This document shows positions 20,049 through 30,441 of a stretch of 64,000 bases of DNA, piece by piece; the first letter of the stretch is position 1, and the number at the start of each line of letters is the position of its first letter. The notes under the pieces are model-generated. The model worked only from the letters and a program-made list of their open reading frames with translations, searched no databases and was not told where the DNA came from. The DNA is from an uncultured Candidatus Saccharibacteria bacterium (GTDB lineage: Bacteria > Patescibacteriota > Minisyncoccia > Phycocordibacterales > Phycocordibacteraceae), in NCBI GenBank assembly GCA_964391975.1, contig CAYMNZ010000002.1:12708-76707 (forward strand), written 5' to 3'. Made by a program: the position numbers and the translations under genes.

Positions 20049-20882
20049 ATGGAACAACCCTACCTAGACGTCCTTACAAAGATCCTTGAAGAAGGGAAAG
20101 ATAAAGATGACCGCACAGGCGTAGGTACCCGCAACCTGTTCGGCTTTCAGATGCGCTTTGATCTCTCCAAAGGCTTCCCTGCGATGACTACCAAGAAGCT
20201 CGCATTCAAGGCCGTGAAAAGCGAACTCCTATGGTTTCTGGAGGGCAGCAGCGATGACAATCGTCTTAAGGAATTAAACGGTTCCGAGCGCTCTATCTGG
20301 ACAGCCAATGGCGAAGCCGATTACTGGAAGCCAAAAGCAAAATTTCCTGGGGACCTCGGTCGCGTCTACGGCGTGCAATGGAGAAGTTGGCAGAAGCCCG
20401 ATGGCGGCACCGTCGATCAGATTAAGGATGTAATCGAGCGCATCAAAAAAAATCCTAACGACCGTCGTCTCATCGTGTCTGCATGGAATCCAGGCGAGCT
20501 AGACCTCATGGTGCTTCCTCCGTGCCACATGATGTTCCAGTTTTTCGTCGCAGACGGAAAGCTCTCGCTACAGATGTATCAGCGCAGCTGCGACATGTTC
20601 CTCGGCGTCCCGTTCAACATCGCATCCTATTCCCTTCTACTTTCGATGGTCGCGCAAGTGACAGGCCTGAAAGTCGGAGAATTCGTACACGTACTTGGCG
20701 ACGCTCATATATATATGAACCACATGGACGCGGTAAAAGAACAGCTCGCGCGCGAACCAATGCCGTCTCCAACTCTGTGGCTCAATCCTGAGATTACAGA
20801 CATCGACAAGTTCACCATGGATGACATCAAGCTTGAGAATTACGAGTCACATCCTTCCATAAAAGCGCCGATGGCCGTATGA
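20049..20882 (+). CDS. thyA: thymidylate synthase ThyA
   Basis: [36 protein letters not shown]. Confidence 0.97.
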   Translation: MEQPYLDVLTKILEEGKDKDDRTGVGTRNLFGFQMRFDLSKGFPAMTTKKLAFKAVKSELLWFLEGSSDDNRLKELNGSERSIWTANGEADYWKPKAKFPGDLGRVYGVQWRSWQKPDGGTVDQIKDVIERIKKNPNDRRLIVSAWNPGELDLMVLPPCHMMFQFFVADGKLSLQMYQRSCDMFLGVPFNIASYSLLLSMVAQVTGLKVGEFVHVLGDAHIYMNHMDAVKEQLAREPMPSPTLWLNPEITDIDKFTMDDIKLENYESHPSIKAPMAV

Positions 20883-21604
20883 GCGCAGAGAGGCCGATAA
20901 CACCTGAGTCAAAAGAATATACCCGCGAAGACCTGGAGAATTTGTTCTTCTGGTCCTTTTATCCCTCACAAGGAAGCAAAGCACTTCATACACTTACCTT
21001 CATCGTGCTTCTTACGGAAAACCCGGGACTCGTTTCAGAAGTTGAGAAACTACACCAGGAACTTGGTAACTATTCTCCCGCGTGGCTCGATACGCCATTT
21101 GCTGCTCGGCTTGTTGATCGTGTTGGGCGCCGCCGAACAAGCCCTATTCACAGCACTAATCTTTCCCGCCCTCCACTCGAAGCTGAAAAAGAAGTACGCG
21201 ACCGATTGCAGACATTGTTTGAGGCAGCTGAGGCTGCAAAACTGTACCGACAGCACCCAGAAGCAGCGCCGCTTGAAGCATTTGCTCGAGAAACCCTGAG
21301 TCGCGAAATAGTACTCTACAAACAGGCAGAAAGTGGTGAGAAAGAGGGGCTTATGGAAGCCCGCACGCGCGTCGGATTCTCTATGGCGTGCTTCTATGGC
21401 CTCTCTCCTAACCGCGAGACCCATCTTGCAGGAAGTCGTCAAACCCCTCCCCAACCAGGGGAATACCAGGACATGTGGAGGAAAGTTGGAGACTTCTTGA
21501 AAACTTCCTACCCAACGCTCGGATCTGAAACAAAGGATAGGCTTGATCGACTCGTTGAACTCTACCAGAGTGCTACCGGCGAAACGCTTACTCTCCCACA
21601 GTAA
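20879..21604 (+). CDS. hypothetical protein
   Basis: 241-aa ORF with ATGA overlap on the thyA stop. Confidence 0.65.
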   Translation: MSAERPITPESKEYTREDLENLFFWSFYPSQGSKALHTLTFIVLLTENPGLVSEVEKLHQELGNYSPAWLDTPFAARLVDRVGRRRTSPIHSTNLSRPPLEAEKEVRDRLQTLFEAAEAAKLYRQHPEAAPLEAFARETLSREIVLYKQAESGEKEGLMEARTRVGFSMACFYGLSPNRETHLAGSRQTPPQPGEYQDMWRKVGDFLKTSYPTLGSETKDRLDRLVELYQSATGETLTLPQ

Positions 21605-21643
21605 TTTTGCATTTCCCTTTCCCCGCTGTATTCTCTTTCTACT

Positions 21644-22342
21644 ATGGCTCTCTCCGACAAGAAGATTCTCGAACACATGAAGGCCGGCACGGTCGTCATC
21701 GAGCCGTTTGATAAAGACAACCTCTGCACGTCCTCAATGGACGTTACCCTCGGCGAGTGGTTCTACCGCGAACAGCGCCCGAAACGCTACAAGAACCTCT
21801 TCAACCTCTACAGCAAAGAGGATACTGAACTTATCTGGGGCACAGAGCCACATCGCGCAAGCTTTGCGAAAGATTGCCTTAACGATTTCAACTTTAAGTT
21901 CGAAGGCATCCGCCCTGACGACAAGGTTATCCTCCTTGAGCCGGGCGAGACGATTCTTGCGCACACCAACGAGTTCATCGGCGGACGCGATACGGTCACT
22001 ACTATGATGAAGGCGCGCTCCTCTCTCGGGCGTAACTTCATCAACGTTTGTAAGTGCGCTGGCTGGGGGGATGTCGGTTACATCAACCGCTGGACGATGG
22101 AGATTTCAAACTCCTCCCGCCACTACATCATCCCGCTCGTCGTTGGTCGCCGCATCGCGCAGCTGGTTTTCTTTGAGACCGGACCTATTCTCAAAAAGGA
22201 TTACGCATCCACGGGCAAGTACCAGACCTCAACCGAGCTCAAGAAGCTCAAACGTGATTGGAAGCCGGAGATGATGCTCCCTCGTCTTTGGAACGATCGC
22301 GATATTAAGAAGCGACAACCGTGGCACAAGAAATCAAAATAA
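21644..22342 (+). CDS. dcd: dCTP deaminase
   Basis: MALSDKKI, SMDVTLG, ARSSLGR, GDVGY..WTMEI, RIAQLVF, GKYQ. Confidence 0.9.
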   Translation: MALSDKKILEHMKAGTVVIEPFDKDNLCTSSMDVTLGEWFYREQRPKRYKNLFNLYSKEDTELIWGTEPHRASFAKDCLNDFNFKFEGIRPDDKVILLEPGETILAHTNEFIGGRDTVTTMMKARSSLGRNFINVCKCAGWGDVGYINRWTMEISNSSRHYIIPLVVGRRIAQLVFFETGPILKKDYASTGKYQTSTELKKLKRDWKPEMMLPRLWNDRDIKKRQPWHKKSK

Positions 22343-22767
22343 GTAACACCCTAAGCGCCTATGGCGCTTTCGTTACCTACGTCCCGCTCAAGGGCGAAGT
22401 CCCCTTCAACGACTACCTCACACTTCCCAAGGAAGCAGCGCAATACAAAATTACACCCCGCGCTTCTCTCAATCCCGAGCGCGAAGCTGAAGCTGCACGC
22501 GCCGCTGCCAAGGGACTTCCAGTTGCTATCCTCATGCCAGGACGCGCCTTTGATCTTCACGGCACACGGCATGGCCAAGGCGGCGGCTGGTACGACCGCT
22601 TCCTTGGGTTTGTTCCCAAGAACTGGCTGCGGGTTGGATTCTGCTACCCTACTCAATTCTTTGAGGGCCCCATCACCCGGGAGCCGTGGGATCAGGTCAT
22701 GGACTACGTCTGCGTGGCCGAAGGAAGTGGGCTCGTGGTCTATCACACCAAAGCGCGTGGCATTTGA
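22321..22767 (+). CDS. 5-formyltetrahydrofolate cyclo-ligase (short form)
   Basis: MPGRAFDLHGTRHGQGGGWYDRFL, EPWDQVMD. Confidence 0.85.
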   Translation: MAQEIKISNTLSAYGAFVTYVPLKGEVPFNDYLTLPKEAAQYKITPRASLNPEREAEAARAAAKGLPVAILMPGRAFDLHGTRHGQGGGWYDRFLGFVPKNWLRVGFCYPTQFFEGPITREPWDQVMDYVCVAEGSGLVVYHTKARGI

Positions 22768-22779
22768 TACTCTAAGGAC

Positions 22780-23268
22780 ATGATTGCTGCCATTGCTGCT
22801 ATCGGAGCTACCACCAACGTCCTCGGAAAGGACAACGATCTCGTATGGGAAATCCCCGAAGACCTTGAGCGGTTCCGAAACTTCACCCGCAACCACCCCA
22901 TCATCATGGGCCGCAAGACCTGGGAATCGCTGCCTGCCGAACGCCGACCACTCCCCAAGCGCACCAACATCGTGGTGACACGCCAAGCTGACTACGATGC
23001 TCCGGGCGCAGTGGTTGTGTCTTCAGTTGAAGCTGCTGTTGAAGCGGCAAGGAACTCACCAGGAGCTGAAGAGATTTATATCATTGGTGGCAGCGGGATT
23101 TTCAAAGATTCCTTCCCGTATACTGACCGTCTCTATCTCACGCTAGTGCATGACGACGCAGAAGGTGATGTGCACTTCCCCGACTACGGGGAGTTCACGA
23201 AAGTAATTGAGCGCATCGAGCACCTCGACCACACGCCGCCCTACACGTATCTCACCCTTGAACGCTAG
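22780..23268 (+). CDS. folA: dihydrofolate reductase
   Basis: LGKDNDLVW, IMGRKTWES, PLPKRTNIV, IIGG. Confidence 0.96.
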   Translation: MIAAIAAIGATTNVLGKDNDLVWEIPEDLERFRNFTRNHPIIMGRKTWESLPAERRPLPKRTNIVVTRQADYDAPGAVVVSSVEAAVEAARNSPGAEEIYIIGGSGIFKDSFPYTDRLYLTLVHDDAEGDVHFPDYGEFTKVIERIEHLDHTPPYTYLTLER

Positions 23269-24089
23269 CGTGCGTAGTACTGCGTACTGAAGATAGAAAT
23301 GAGAAGTTCAACTCTGCTCCGCAGTGCGGGGGGAAGTTCTTTCTCTTCGAGAAGCGTCCCCGCAGTCGTCAGTGCTTTCCCCAACATAGTGCTCGTGATA
23401 GCTCCTATCTTCATAAAATAGCGCGACTGGTCGCCCGTATGTCTATACTCGGCAACAATGGGCTCGAACGCCCTACGGAACTCGGCAAGTTCTTCGGGTA
23501 GTTCCTTAAGGGCCTGTGCAAACAGTGGGCCGTAGTAGCGAAGTGCTTCGACGCCCTGCGTGTCTTTGTGCATGCGTTTCGCGAGCGTACGACAGATAGC
23601 AGCTACGAGTTCGTTATTTATAACGGGCTGCGGAAGATCGCGCGCACCACCGAGGTAGAGCTGGCGTTCAAGCAATTTCATGATGACAATGATGCGTTCG
23701 CTATTCATCTCCAGTTCTTTGCGATCTTCAACCGTAAAGAAGACCCGGATAAGAATGGCGAGCGCTGTACATTTTTCACGCTCCCAAATCCACGCGGCAT
23801 TGCTGGCATCTATTTCCCGATTTATTCCCCGTGCAGCATGCGCGGTAGTCGCATTCTCTCCATACTTCTCAACAAGATTTTCCGGAAGCGGTGTCTGCAT
23901 AAAACGCATAATCGCTTCAGCGGGGTTCTGCGTATTCAAGAGGTCTTCAATCATGCCGATGGCAATGCCCTGAAGTACCTGCGGGAACACCAGGTTCATG
24001 TCTCTGGCGCGCTCAAAGATTGGGGTAATCTCCGCCACAGACATGGGTCCTTTCTCAGGATTGGAGGCTGTCTCAGGAGTGTTCGACAT
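23265..24089 (-). CDS. hypothetical protein (helical)
   Basis: 274-aa ORF with TAGAAT 6 nt before ATG. Confidence 0.65.
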   Translation of the reverse strand: MSNTPETASNPEKGPMSVAEITPIFERARDMNLVFPQVLQGIAIGMIEDLLNTQNPAEAIMRFMQTPLPENLVEKYGENATTAHAARGINREIDASNAAWIWEREKCTALAILIRVFFTVEDRKELEMNSERIIVIMKLLERQLYLGGARDLPQPVINNELVAAICRTLAKRMHKDTQGVEALRYYGPLFAQALKELPEELAEFRRAFEPIVAEYRHTGDQSRYFMKIGAITSTMLGKALTTAGTLLEEKELPPALRSRVELLISIFSTQYYAR

Positions 24090-24107
24090 GCGCGTATTCT
24101 ACACAAG

Positions 24108-24129
24108 AAAAAACCCCGCTTTCGCGGGG
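24108..24129 (-). terminator. intrinsic terminator after rplK
   Basis: CCCCGC-TTTC-GCGGGG stem with U-tract on the minus strand. Confidence 0.7.
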
Positions 24130-24136
24130 CTGGTTC

Positions 24137-24556
24137 TTATTTAACGTTGATTCCCATCGAGCGGGCGGTGCCTTCAATGATGCGGTCGGCCGCTTCAGGA
24201 GAGCCTGCGGAGAGGTCCGGCATCTTCTGCTCAGAGACCTTGCGAACCTGGTCCTTGGTCAAGGTTGCAACCGGCTTGCCGCCTGGCTTCTGAGAACCCT
24301 TATCCATACCAAGAATCTTGAGAATAAGACGAGAAGCTGGAGGGGTCTTGAGAACGAAGGAGAAGGTGCGGTCCTCGTAGACGGAAAGGTCCACAGGGAT
24401 GATATCTCCCATCTTGTCCTTGGTGGCCTCGTTGAACTTGTTAACGAAATCTCCAATGTTCACACCGGCTGGACCGAGGACGGTACCGACTGGAGGCGCA
24501 GGGGTGGCCTTCCCTGCGGGGATTTGGAGCTTAATCTTCTTTACGACTTTAGGCAT
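24137..24556 (-). CDS. rplK: 50S ribosomal protein L11
   Basis: [29 protein letters not shown]. Confidence 0.98.
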   Translation of the reverse strand: MPKVVKKIKLQIPAGKATPAPPVGTVLGPAGVNIGDFVNKFNEATKDKMGDIIPVDLSVYEDRTFSFVLKTPPASRLILKILGMDKGSQKPGGKPVATLTKDQVRKVSEQKMPDLSAGSPEAADRIIEGTARSMGINVK

Positions 24557-24573
24557 AGTTGAATGACTTTACG

Positions 24574-25143
24574 CTAGAGCTTGCGAACCTGCAAGAAATC
24601 GAGCTCGACCGGGGTCTCACGGCCGAACATGGCCACGAGGACCTTCACCTTGCCGCGCTCCTCGTCGACCTCCCCTACCTTACCCTCAAGGTCCTTAAAC
24701 GGACCGTCAGCAATGACCACAGGGTCGTCCTTGCCGAGGTCGATGCGGTGCTTAGGAGCCTCTGCATCCATGCGCTTCATGAGCGAGGAGACCTCGTCGT
24801 CACTCATAGGGACTGGGGTAACCCCTGAGCCTACAAAGCCGGTGACGCGAGGCGTGTTGCGCACCACGAACCAGGAATCCTCGTCCACAATCATGCGCAC
24901 GAGGATGTAGCCCGGGTAAATCTTCTCTTCCTCAACAACGCGCTTGCCGCCCTTTACGCGAATCTTCTTCTCGGTAGGTACGACTACCTCGAAAATCTTC
25001 CCTTCCATGCCAAGGGATTCAATGCGCTGCTTGAGGTTACGCTCAACGGCGTTCTCGTAACCAGCGTAGGTGTGGATGGTGTACCAGCGAGGCTCCGGGT
25101 TAATGGAGTCTTCGGAGAAACTGGGCGAGGTGCGCATTTCCAT
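24574..25143 (-). CDS. nusG: transcription termination/antitermination factor NusG
   Basis: WYTIHTYAGYE, YPGYILV, VRNTPRVTGFVG, FGRETPVEL. Confidence 0.97.
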   Translation of the reverse strand: MEMRTSPSFSEDSINPEPRWYTIHTYAGYENAVERNLKQRIESLGMEGKIFEVVVPTEKKIRVKGGKRVVEEEKIYPGYILVRMIVDEDSWFVVRNTPRVTGFVGSGVTPVPMSDDEVSSLMKRMDAEAPKHRIDLGKDDPVVIADGPFKDLEGKVGEVDEERGKVKVLVAMFGRETPVELDFLQVRKL

Positions 25144-25153
25144 AAGAAGAGTG

Positions 25154-25336
25154 TTAGCGAATAAAGGAGCCGACGAGGTTCGTGAACACGTAGTCGAACC
25201 CGGAGATAATAAGTGCGAAGATGACCGAAATCACGATGATGAGCAACGTGTGGGTAGCGGCCGTGCGCGGCTTAGGCCACACGACATGTTCGAGTTCTGC
25301 GCGTACGTTCTTAAGATAGGTGAAGAGTGACTTCAT
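25154..25336 (-). CDS. secE: preprotein translocase subunit SecE
   Basis: ELEHVVWP plus TM helix; upstream of nusG. Confidence 0.92.
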   Translation of the reverse strand: MKSLFTYLKNVRAELEHVVWPKPRTAATHTLLIIVISVIFALIISGFDYVFTNLVGSFIR

Positions 25337-25413
25337 GGTCCAAAATAAAAAGCCCCGAGGGCCTTTGATACAAGAGGATAGTACAACCCTGGCCGGGGGG
25401 CGTCAAGATAACG

Positions 25414-25441
25414 AAAAACCGCCCCAGAAGGGGCGGTTTTT
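25414..25441 (-). terminator. intrinsic terminator after SIMPL gene
   Basis: AAAAACCGCCCC-AGAA-GGGGCGGTTTTT. Confidence 0.8.
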
Positions 25442-25453
25442 CAGAGAGTCTGT

Positions 25454-26260
25454 TTAACGAATCTCGTAGGTCACCATCACGGTGATGGAAGTCTCATTCT
25501 CCCCTACTGGAAGAGATGGGGCTGGGCGGTTGCTCACTCCCGCATCCATGGCCATTTCAGCCTTGCCGCCGTAGCCGTACTCATACGGGTAGTAGCCAGT
25601 GTTCTCTGAGAAGGAAACGACCTTGCCGAGAGAAACGCCGAGCTCGCTCGCAAGTTTCTTGGCCTTTTCCTTTGCCTCCTTGATTGCTGCATCGCGTGCC
25701 TCTTCGCGAACCGAATCAGCATCGTCTAGAACGAAGTTCGGGCCCGAGATGTTCTGCACGCCGGCGCTGCCAAGACCTTGGAGGACCTCGCCCGCCTTAG
25801 CCGTGTCGCGAACCTTAACCTCTACTCCCTGGGATACTTCGTAGCCCGTGATACGTGGGCTTGAAGCTACTGGAGGGCAAACGCCTGAGTAACAAGGCTG
25901 TGGGTATTCATACGTTGGGTTAACGCTGTAGTACGTAGTCTTCACATCAGCCTCTTCGATGTCCATGTCCTCCACAGAGGCGAGGGCGGCGTCGATGCGA
26001 GCAGTTGCTTTGTCCTGTGCTTCAGCAACGGTTGCTCCGCGCTCCATGACCGTAAAGGAAATCTGTGCGACGTCCGGAATAGCAGTTGCCTCTCCGGTGC
26101 CCTCCACCGTAATGGTGCGTGCTGGGTACATCTCGGAATTACCGAGAGCATAGAGACCGTCGATTGTCTTTACAAGAAGAAAGAGGGCGAGCAGCGTTAC
26201 TGCTGCAATAGCTGCAAAGCGGAATGCCTTTGAGCCCGTGAGTTCATTAAATGTGTCCAT
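25454..26260 (-). CDS. SIMPL/DUF541 domain protein
   Basis: ITVEGTGEATAIPDVA, AIKEAKEKAKKLASELGVSLG, VMVTYEI. Confidence 0.9.
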   Translation of the reverse strand: MDTFNELTGSKAFRFAAIAAVTLLALFLLVKTIDGLYALGNSEMYPARTITVEGTGEATAIPDVAQISFTVMERGATVAEAQDKATARIDAALASVEDMDIEEADVKTTYYSVNPTYEYPQPCYSGVCPPVASSPRITGYEVSQGVEVKVRDTAKAGEVLQGLGSAGVQNISGPNFVLDDADSVREEARDAAIKEAKEKAKKLASELGVSLGKVVSFSENTGYYPYEYGYGGKAEMAMDAGVSNRPAPSLPVGENETSITVMVTYEIR

Positions 26261-26356
26261 AGCTATGTATAGTGTCTGTTATTGGTTGAGTTTATCATGA
26301 GCGATGACGCTCCGTGGGGGTAAACATTACCGGCCCTCTATGCTACCGTTCCCTTC

Positions 26357-27112
26357 ATGACGCCCTTGATTTCAAGTCTTCTTGCCGTTGGTGTGGTGAG
26401 TATTGTCTCCCTGGTTGGGGCCGCGACTCTGTCTCTCAAGGAAAGCTTCCTCCGCAAGACACTCTTTCTGCTGATTTCACTTGCCGCAGGTGCCCTTCTG
26501 GGAGATGCCTTTATCCATCTTCTCCCAGAAGCCTTTGAGGAGGCCGCACCTCTCACGGTCTCTATCCTCGTTTTGGTCGGCTTCTTTTCCTTCTTCGTGC
26601 TCGAGAAATTCCTGCACTGGCACCACAGTCACGGGGACGATGAGTTCTCTCCTGAGCACGCGCGTATCCACCCAGTGGGCCACCTGGTACTCATCTCCGA
26701 CGGCGTTCATAACCTTATCGATGGTCTTGCTATTGGGGCTGCCTTCCTCGTCTCGCCAGAAGTAGGTATTGCGACCACCATCGCTATCGTGCTGCATGAG
26801 ATACCTCAGGAGATTGGAGACTTCGGCCTCTTGATTCACGCCGGGTACTCACGTGCAAAGGCACTCTTTATGAACTTCCTATCTGCCCTCTTCGCTTTCG
26901 TTGGTGTAGGACTTGTCTTCTGGCTCTCAACTGCAGCTGAGGGAGCTGCGCCGCTTATCGCCGCGTTCGCTGCAGGAAACTTTATCTACATCGCGGCCTC
27001 CGACCTTATACCAGAGCTCCACAAAACCACCGCCCCGTGGCAGTCGGCACTCCAGTTTGCAACCATCGTTCTTGGCCTTATCGCGATGGTACTTCTGCTT
27101 GGGCTCGAGTAG
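26357..27112 (+). CDS. ZIP-family metal (zinc) transporter
   Basis: LLGDAFIHLLPE, HWHHSH, DGVHNLIDG, HEIPQEIGD. Confidence 0.93.
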   Translation: MTPLISSLLAVGVVSIVSLVGAATLSLKESFLRKTLFLLISLAAGALLGDAFIHLLPEAFEEAAPLTVSILVLVGFFSFFVLEKFLHWHHSHGDDEFSPEHARIHPVGHLVLISDGVHNLIDGLAIGAAFLVSPEVGIATTIAIVLHEIPQEIGDFGLLIHAGYSRAKALFMNFLSALFAFVGVGLVFWLSTAAEGAAPLIAAFAAGNFIYIAASDLIPELHKTTAPWQSALQFATIVLGLIAMVLLLGLE

Positions 27113-27763
27113 CTACGGAAGCGTTGCAAGCCACGCACGCAGTGTGGCGTGCTCGGGAAGATTCTTCACTGAAAGTGTTGGCTCCATCCAATCAATCACG
27201 TCGCGCTCGATAACGGTGAAGAGGAAGAGATCGTCGCCCATTGGTAGGTAGTAGGCGCTTTCCACCTGTGCCTCGAAGCGCTCGATAACGATTGAGTAAA
27301 AGGTGTGAGCACCAATCGTTACCTTCTCGAACTGGTCAATGGATTCGGTTGCCATATCAGCTGGCTGCAGACGAGTCGTGCGTACGATGTCGGCTTCGGC
27401 GCCTTCTGCGGAAACACCAAGGTGGTGCACCCGGATGATGTGGGAGACGCTCGGAGACAGAGAGGGTTTTGTGAATTCTCGAACAATAGTCATATCGCCA
27501 CCAGCATTCATGTTGACGTTAGGATTCGGGTTCTCTGTGTACCCTTCAGGAACTGAGAGCGTGCTCACGTTAAAGGAGTTGGTTGGGCACGGTGCAAATG
27601 CGCAGGCAGGGCCTATGCGTCCGACCGACGAGCCATCAGGACACACCATGGCGTCCATCGGGCACGCGGTGATAGGGCCTGGGGTCTGAAGCGCATTGCG
27701 ATAAAAGAATCCGGCGATACCAAGCAGCACGAGAAGCACGACGCCCATAAGAAGCTGTTTCAT
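27113..27763 (-). CDS. membrane-anchored protein with Cys micro-motif
   Basis: N-terminal TM then ACPMDAMVCPDGSSVGRIGPACAFAPCP. Confidence 0.7.
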   Translation of the reverse strand: MKQLLMGVVLLVLLGIAGFFYRNALQTPGPITACPMDAMVCPDGSSVGRIGPACAFAPCPTNSFNVSTLSVPEGYTENPNPNVNMNAGGDMTIVREFTKPSLSPSVSHIIRVHHLGVSAEGAEADIVRTTRLQPADMATESIDQFEKVTIGAHTFYSIVIERFEAQVESAYYLPMGDDLFLFTVIERDVIDWMEPTLSVKNLPEHATLRAWLATLP

Positions 27764-27784
27764 ATTCAAAAAGTCTAGCATGTT

Positions 27785-28162
27785 CTATTTCTGCGCCTTG
27801 AGGAGGTCCCTGATTTCTTCAAGAAGCTTCACCTCTGCTGGCGTGGACTCAGCCTTTGGTTTCTCCTTTGCAAACTTGGTGATGAATTTTATAAAGAGGA
27901 AGAGTGCAAACGCGGTGATAATGAAACTCACAAGAGCTTGGAGGAAGAGTCCGTACGCGATAGTGACGTCCCCGCCAAGCGAGAGGGAGAGCGCACTGAA
28001 ATCAACACCTCCCATCAGAAGTCCAAGTGGGGGCGTCAGTACATTGTTCACCAGTGAGGTGACAATGCTGTTGAACGCAGCGCCGATGACCACACCGACC
28101 GCAAGGTCGAGTGCATTGCCACGAAGTGCGAAGGATTTGAATTCTTTGAGGAAGGAGTTCAT
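27785..28162 (-). CDS. mscL: large-conductance mechanosensitive channel
   Basis: EFKSFALRGNALDLAVGVVIGAAF, LLEEIRDLL. Confidence 0.97.
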   Translation of the reverse strand: MNSFLKEFKSFALRGNALDLAVGVVIGAAFNSIVTSLVNNVLTPPLGLLMGGVDFSALSLSLGGDVTIAYGLFLQALVSFIITAFALFLFIKFITKFAKEKPKAESTPAEVKLLEEIRDLLKAQK

Positions 28163-28177
28163 GTCCTAAGTATATCT

Positions 28178-28252
28178 TGGGGCGACTAGAGAGAATCGAA
28201 CTCTCGATGCCTGGACCACAACCAGGAGTTTTACCACTAAACTATAGTCGCC
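28178..28252 (-). tRNA. tRNA-His(GTG)
   Basis: Cloverleaf, anticodon arm CCTGG-TTGTGGT-CCAGG, G-1 and encoded CCA. Confidence 0.93.
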
Positions 28253-28301
28253 ATGTACCGAGTTTTTATAGCACAGGAACAGGAAACGCGCCCTGAACGA
28301 G

Positions 28302-28324
28302 AAAGACCGGCAGTGCCGGTCTTT
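28302..28324 (-). terminator. hairpin/terminator after tRNA-Leu
   Basis: AAAGACCGGCA-G-TGCCGGTCTTT perfect inverted repeat. Confidence 0.6.
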
Positions 28325-28331
28325 GTGCCTG

Positions 28332-28413
28332 TGCCCGGGAGAGGACTCGAACCTCCATGCCTTTCGACACTACCACCTCAAGGTAGCCTGTATACCAATT
28401 TCAGCACCCGGGC
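28332..28413 (-). tRNA. tRNA-Leu(GAG)
   Basis: CTACC-TTGAGGT-GGTAG anticodon arm, long variable arm, GGTTCGAGTCC. Confidence 0.93.
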
Positions 28414-28442
28414 AGGTGTCCCGTACTATACCCACTAGCTAC

Positions 28443-28466
28443 AAAAAAGGCCAGGTTTCCCTGGCC
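28443..28466 (-). terminator. intrinsic terminator after rplS
   Basis: GGCCAGG-TTTC-CCTGGCC with U-tract on the minus strand. Confidence 0.75.
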
Positions 28467-28471
28467 GTTTG

Positions 28472-28981
28472 TTAGGCTGCTGCCTTCTCTTCCTCCTTCT
28501 CCTCAGGAACTGCCTCTGCAATCACCTCGGCTACAGTCTCTTCAATGACGTCTGCTGGAGTCTCTTCAGTCACTGCCGCAAGTACTTCCTCGACTACCTC
28601 AGGCTCAGCAAAGTCGGTAGTGGAGACATTCATCATGCGCATGTTGCGGAGCTGGCGGCGGACCTCACGAGCAACCTTCTCGCGGATGAAGTAGAGCTTC
28701 GCGCGGCGAACCTTTGAGCGCTTCACAATCTCAATCTTCTCGATAAACGGAGCGTAGAGGGGGAAGACGCGCTCAACACCAATGCCCGAGAGCGTAGCGC
28801 GAACCGTGAAGGAGGCACCTGCTTCGGTACCGTGCTTAACGGCAATCACGAGACCCTCAAATACCTGGAGGCGGGTCTTGCCCTTCTCGATAATCTTCTG
28901 GTGGACGCGGACAGTGTCACCCGGCTTAATGCCGAGCTTGGTGCGCTCTTCCGTCTTTACCGGAGTGATTATCTTTCCCAT
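28472..28981 (-). CDS. rplS: 50S ribosomal protein L19 (acidic C-terminal extension)
   Basis: [33 protein letters not shown]. Confidence 0.96.
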   Translation of the reverse strand: MGKIITPVKTEERTKLGIKPGDTVRVHQKIIEKGKTRLQVFEGLVIAVKHGTEAGASFTVRATLSGIGVERVFPLYAPFIEKIEIVKRSKVRRAKLYFIREKVAREVRRQLRNMRMMNVSTTDFAEPEVVEEVLAAVTEETPADVIEETVAEVIAEAVPEEKEEEKAAA

Positions 28982-29005
28982 AGTCGCCGCACTCTATCAC
29001 AGCGC

Positions 29006-29746
29006 CTATATAGAGGCAATCGCGTCCTCACTCCCTGGGAATGCCTTGAGCGCGGCGGCCATATCAGGCGGCAGCGGGGCGGTTAGCTCGAGAGTCTCGC
29101 CCGTGGGGGTCGGAAGTACGAGCCTGTAGGCGTGGAGGCCGAGGGTCTTGAACCCGAGCTCGCAGGGATGGTTAGGAGCATAGAGGGGGTCGCAGACCAC
29201 TGGGTGATGAATGGCCTTCAGGTGCACACGAATCTGATGCGTACGGCCAGTTTCAGGCATTACTTTCATAAGGGAGTACTTCTCGTTGTCAGCAAGCACG
29301 AGGTAGTTGGTGATGGCTTCGCGGAGTGTGCCTTTCGCTTTGGGTTGTGCGGAGCGGAGACGGAAATCTTTCCGAGAGCGTCCAATCGAGAAATCAATGG
29401 TCCCTTTCCGTTCTTTTGGTACGCCGTAGGTAAAGGCGAGGTAGGTCTTCTTGGCCAGTCGGTCCTTGAAGGCTTGTTTCAAGAATTCATGCGCTTCAGG
29501 TGTCTTCGCGAATACCAGCACACCTGAGGTCTCTCGGTCGAGCCGATGCACGACGCCCGGGCGCCTAATCTCAGTACCGTTTTGCAGTCGTTGTGTCTCC
29601 CCCACCTCCGCACTTCCTGGATACGTGCGCGCAAACCAATCGCTTCCGGTCTCTTCGTCCCCTTTCCCATCAGGGTGCGTCATCACGCCCGCCGGCTTAT
29701 TCACCGCAACGAGTGTGTCATCTTCGTAGATGATGGGGAGTTCCAT
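29006..29746 (-). CDS. RluA/RluD-family pseudouridine synthase
   Basis: VNKPAG, VHRLDRETSG, TGRTHQIRVH. Confidence 0.93.
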   Translation of the reverse strand: MELPIIYEDDTLVAVNKPAGVMTHPDGKGDEETGSDWFARTYPGSAEVGETQRLQNGTEIRRPGVVHRLDRETSGVLVFAKTPEAHEFLKQAFKDRLAKKTYLAFTYGVPKERKGTIDFSIGRSRKDFRLRSAQPKAKGTLREAITNYLVLADNEKYSLMKVMPETGRTHQIRVHLKAIHHPVVCDPLYAPNHPCELGFKTLGLHAYRLVLPTPTGETLELTAPLPPDMAAALKAFPGSEDAIASI

Positions 29747-29760
29747 TTCCCTACCCTACC

Positions 29761-30441
29761 TTATTTACCGAGACGGCGCTCACGCGACGCGTACTGCGCG
29801 AGGATGGAATCGAATTCTTCTTTGGTAAACGCAGGCCACTTGGTCTTCGGAAAGAAGAGCTCACTGTAGGCAGATTGCCAGGTGAGAAAGTTCGAGAGGC
29901 GCTGGTCCCCACCGGTGCGGATGATGAGGTCTGGGTACGCAAGGTCTGCGCTCCACATTGCTTTACGAAATCCTTCTTCATCGATGCTTTTCACTCCCGA
30001 GGCAAGAAGCGTGTTCGTTGCCGCGACAATCTCTGCGCGCCCGCCATAGGAAATAGCAACGGTAAATATTCCTTTTGTGCCCTCCTTCGTCTTCTCTTCA
30101 GCCTCCTGCATCTTTTTCTGCAGTGTCTGCGGCAAACGCTCACGCTGCCCGATGAAGCGAATCTTCACACCTTTCTGTTCAAGGTCCTTCGCGAATGTAT
30201 CAAAAGATTCCTCAAACAGATTCATGAGGTACTGCACTTCTTCTTTCGAGCGGTTCCAGTTCTCCGTTGAGAACGCGTAGAGGATAATTTCTTTCACACC
30301 TGCTTCCTGTGCCCAGTCTGCAAGCTCGCGTACCTTCTCGAGTCCACGACGGTGCCCCTCAAGCTGGGGCATGCCGTTCTCTTTCGCGAAGCGGCGATTG
30401 CCGTCCATGATGACGCCCACTGATGTGGGGACGTTACTCAT
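29761..30441 (-). CDS. uppS: undecaprenyl diphosphate synthase
   Basis: IMDGNRR, YAFSTENWNR, YGGRAEI, IRTGGDQRLSNFLTWQ. Confidence 0.96.
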   Translation of the reverse strand: MSNVPTSVGVIMDGNRRFAKENGMPQLEGHRRGLEKVRELADWAQEAGVKEIILYAFSTENWNRSKEEVQYLMNLFEESFDTFAKDLEQKGVKIRFIGQRERLPQTLQKKMQEAEEKTKEGTKGIFTVAISYGGRAEIVAATNTLLASGVKSIDEEGFRKAMWSADLAYPDLIIRTGGDQRLSNFLTWQSAYSELFFPKTKWPAFTKEEFDSILAQYASRERRLGK

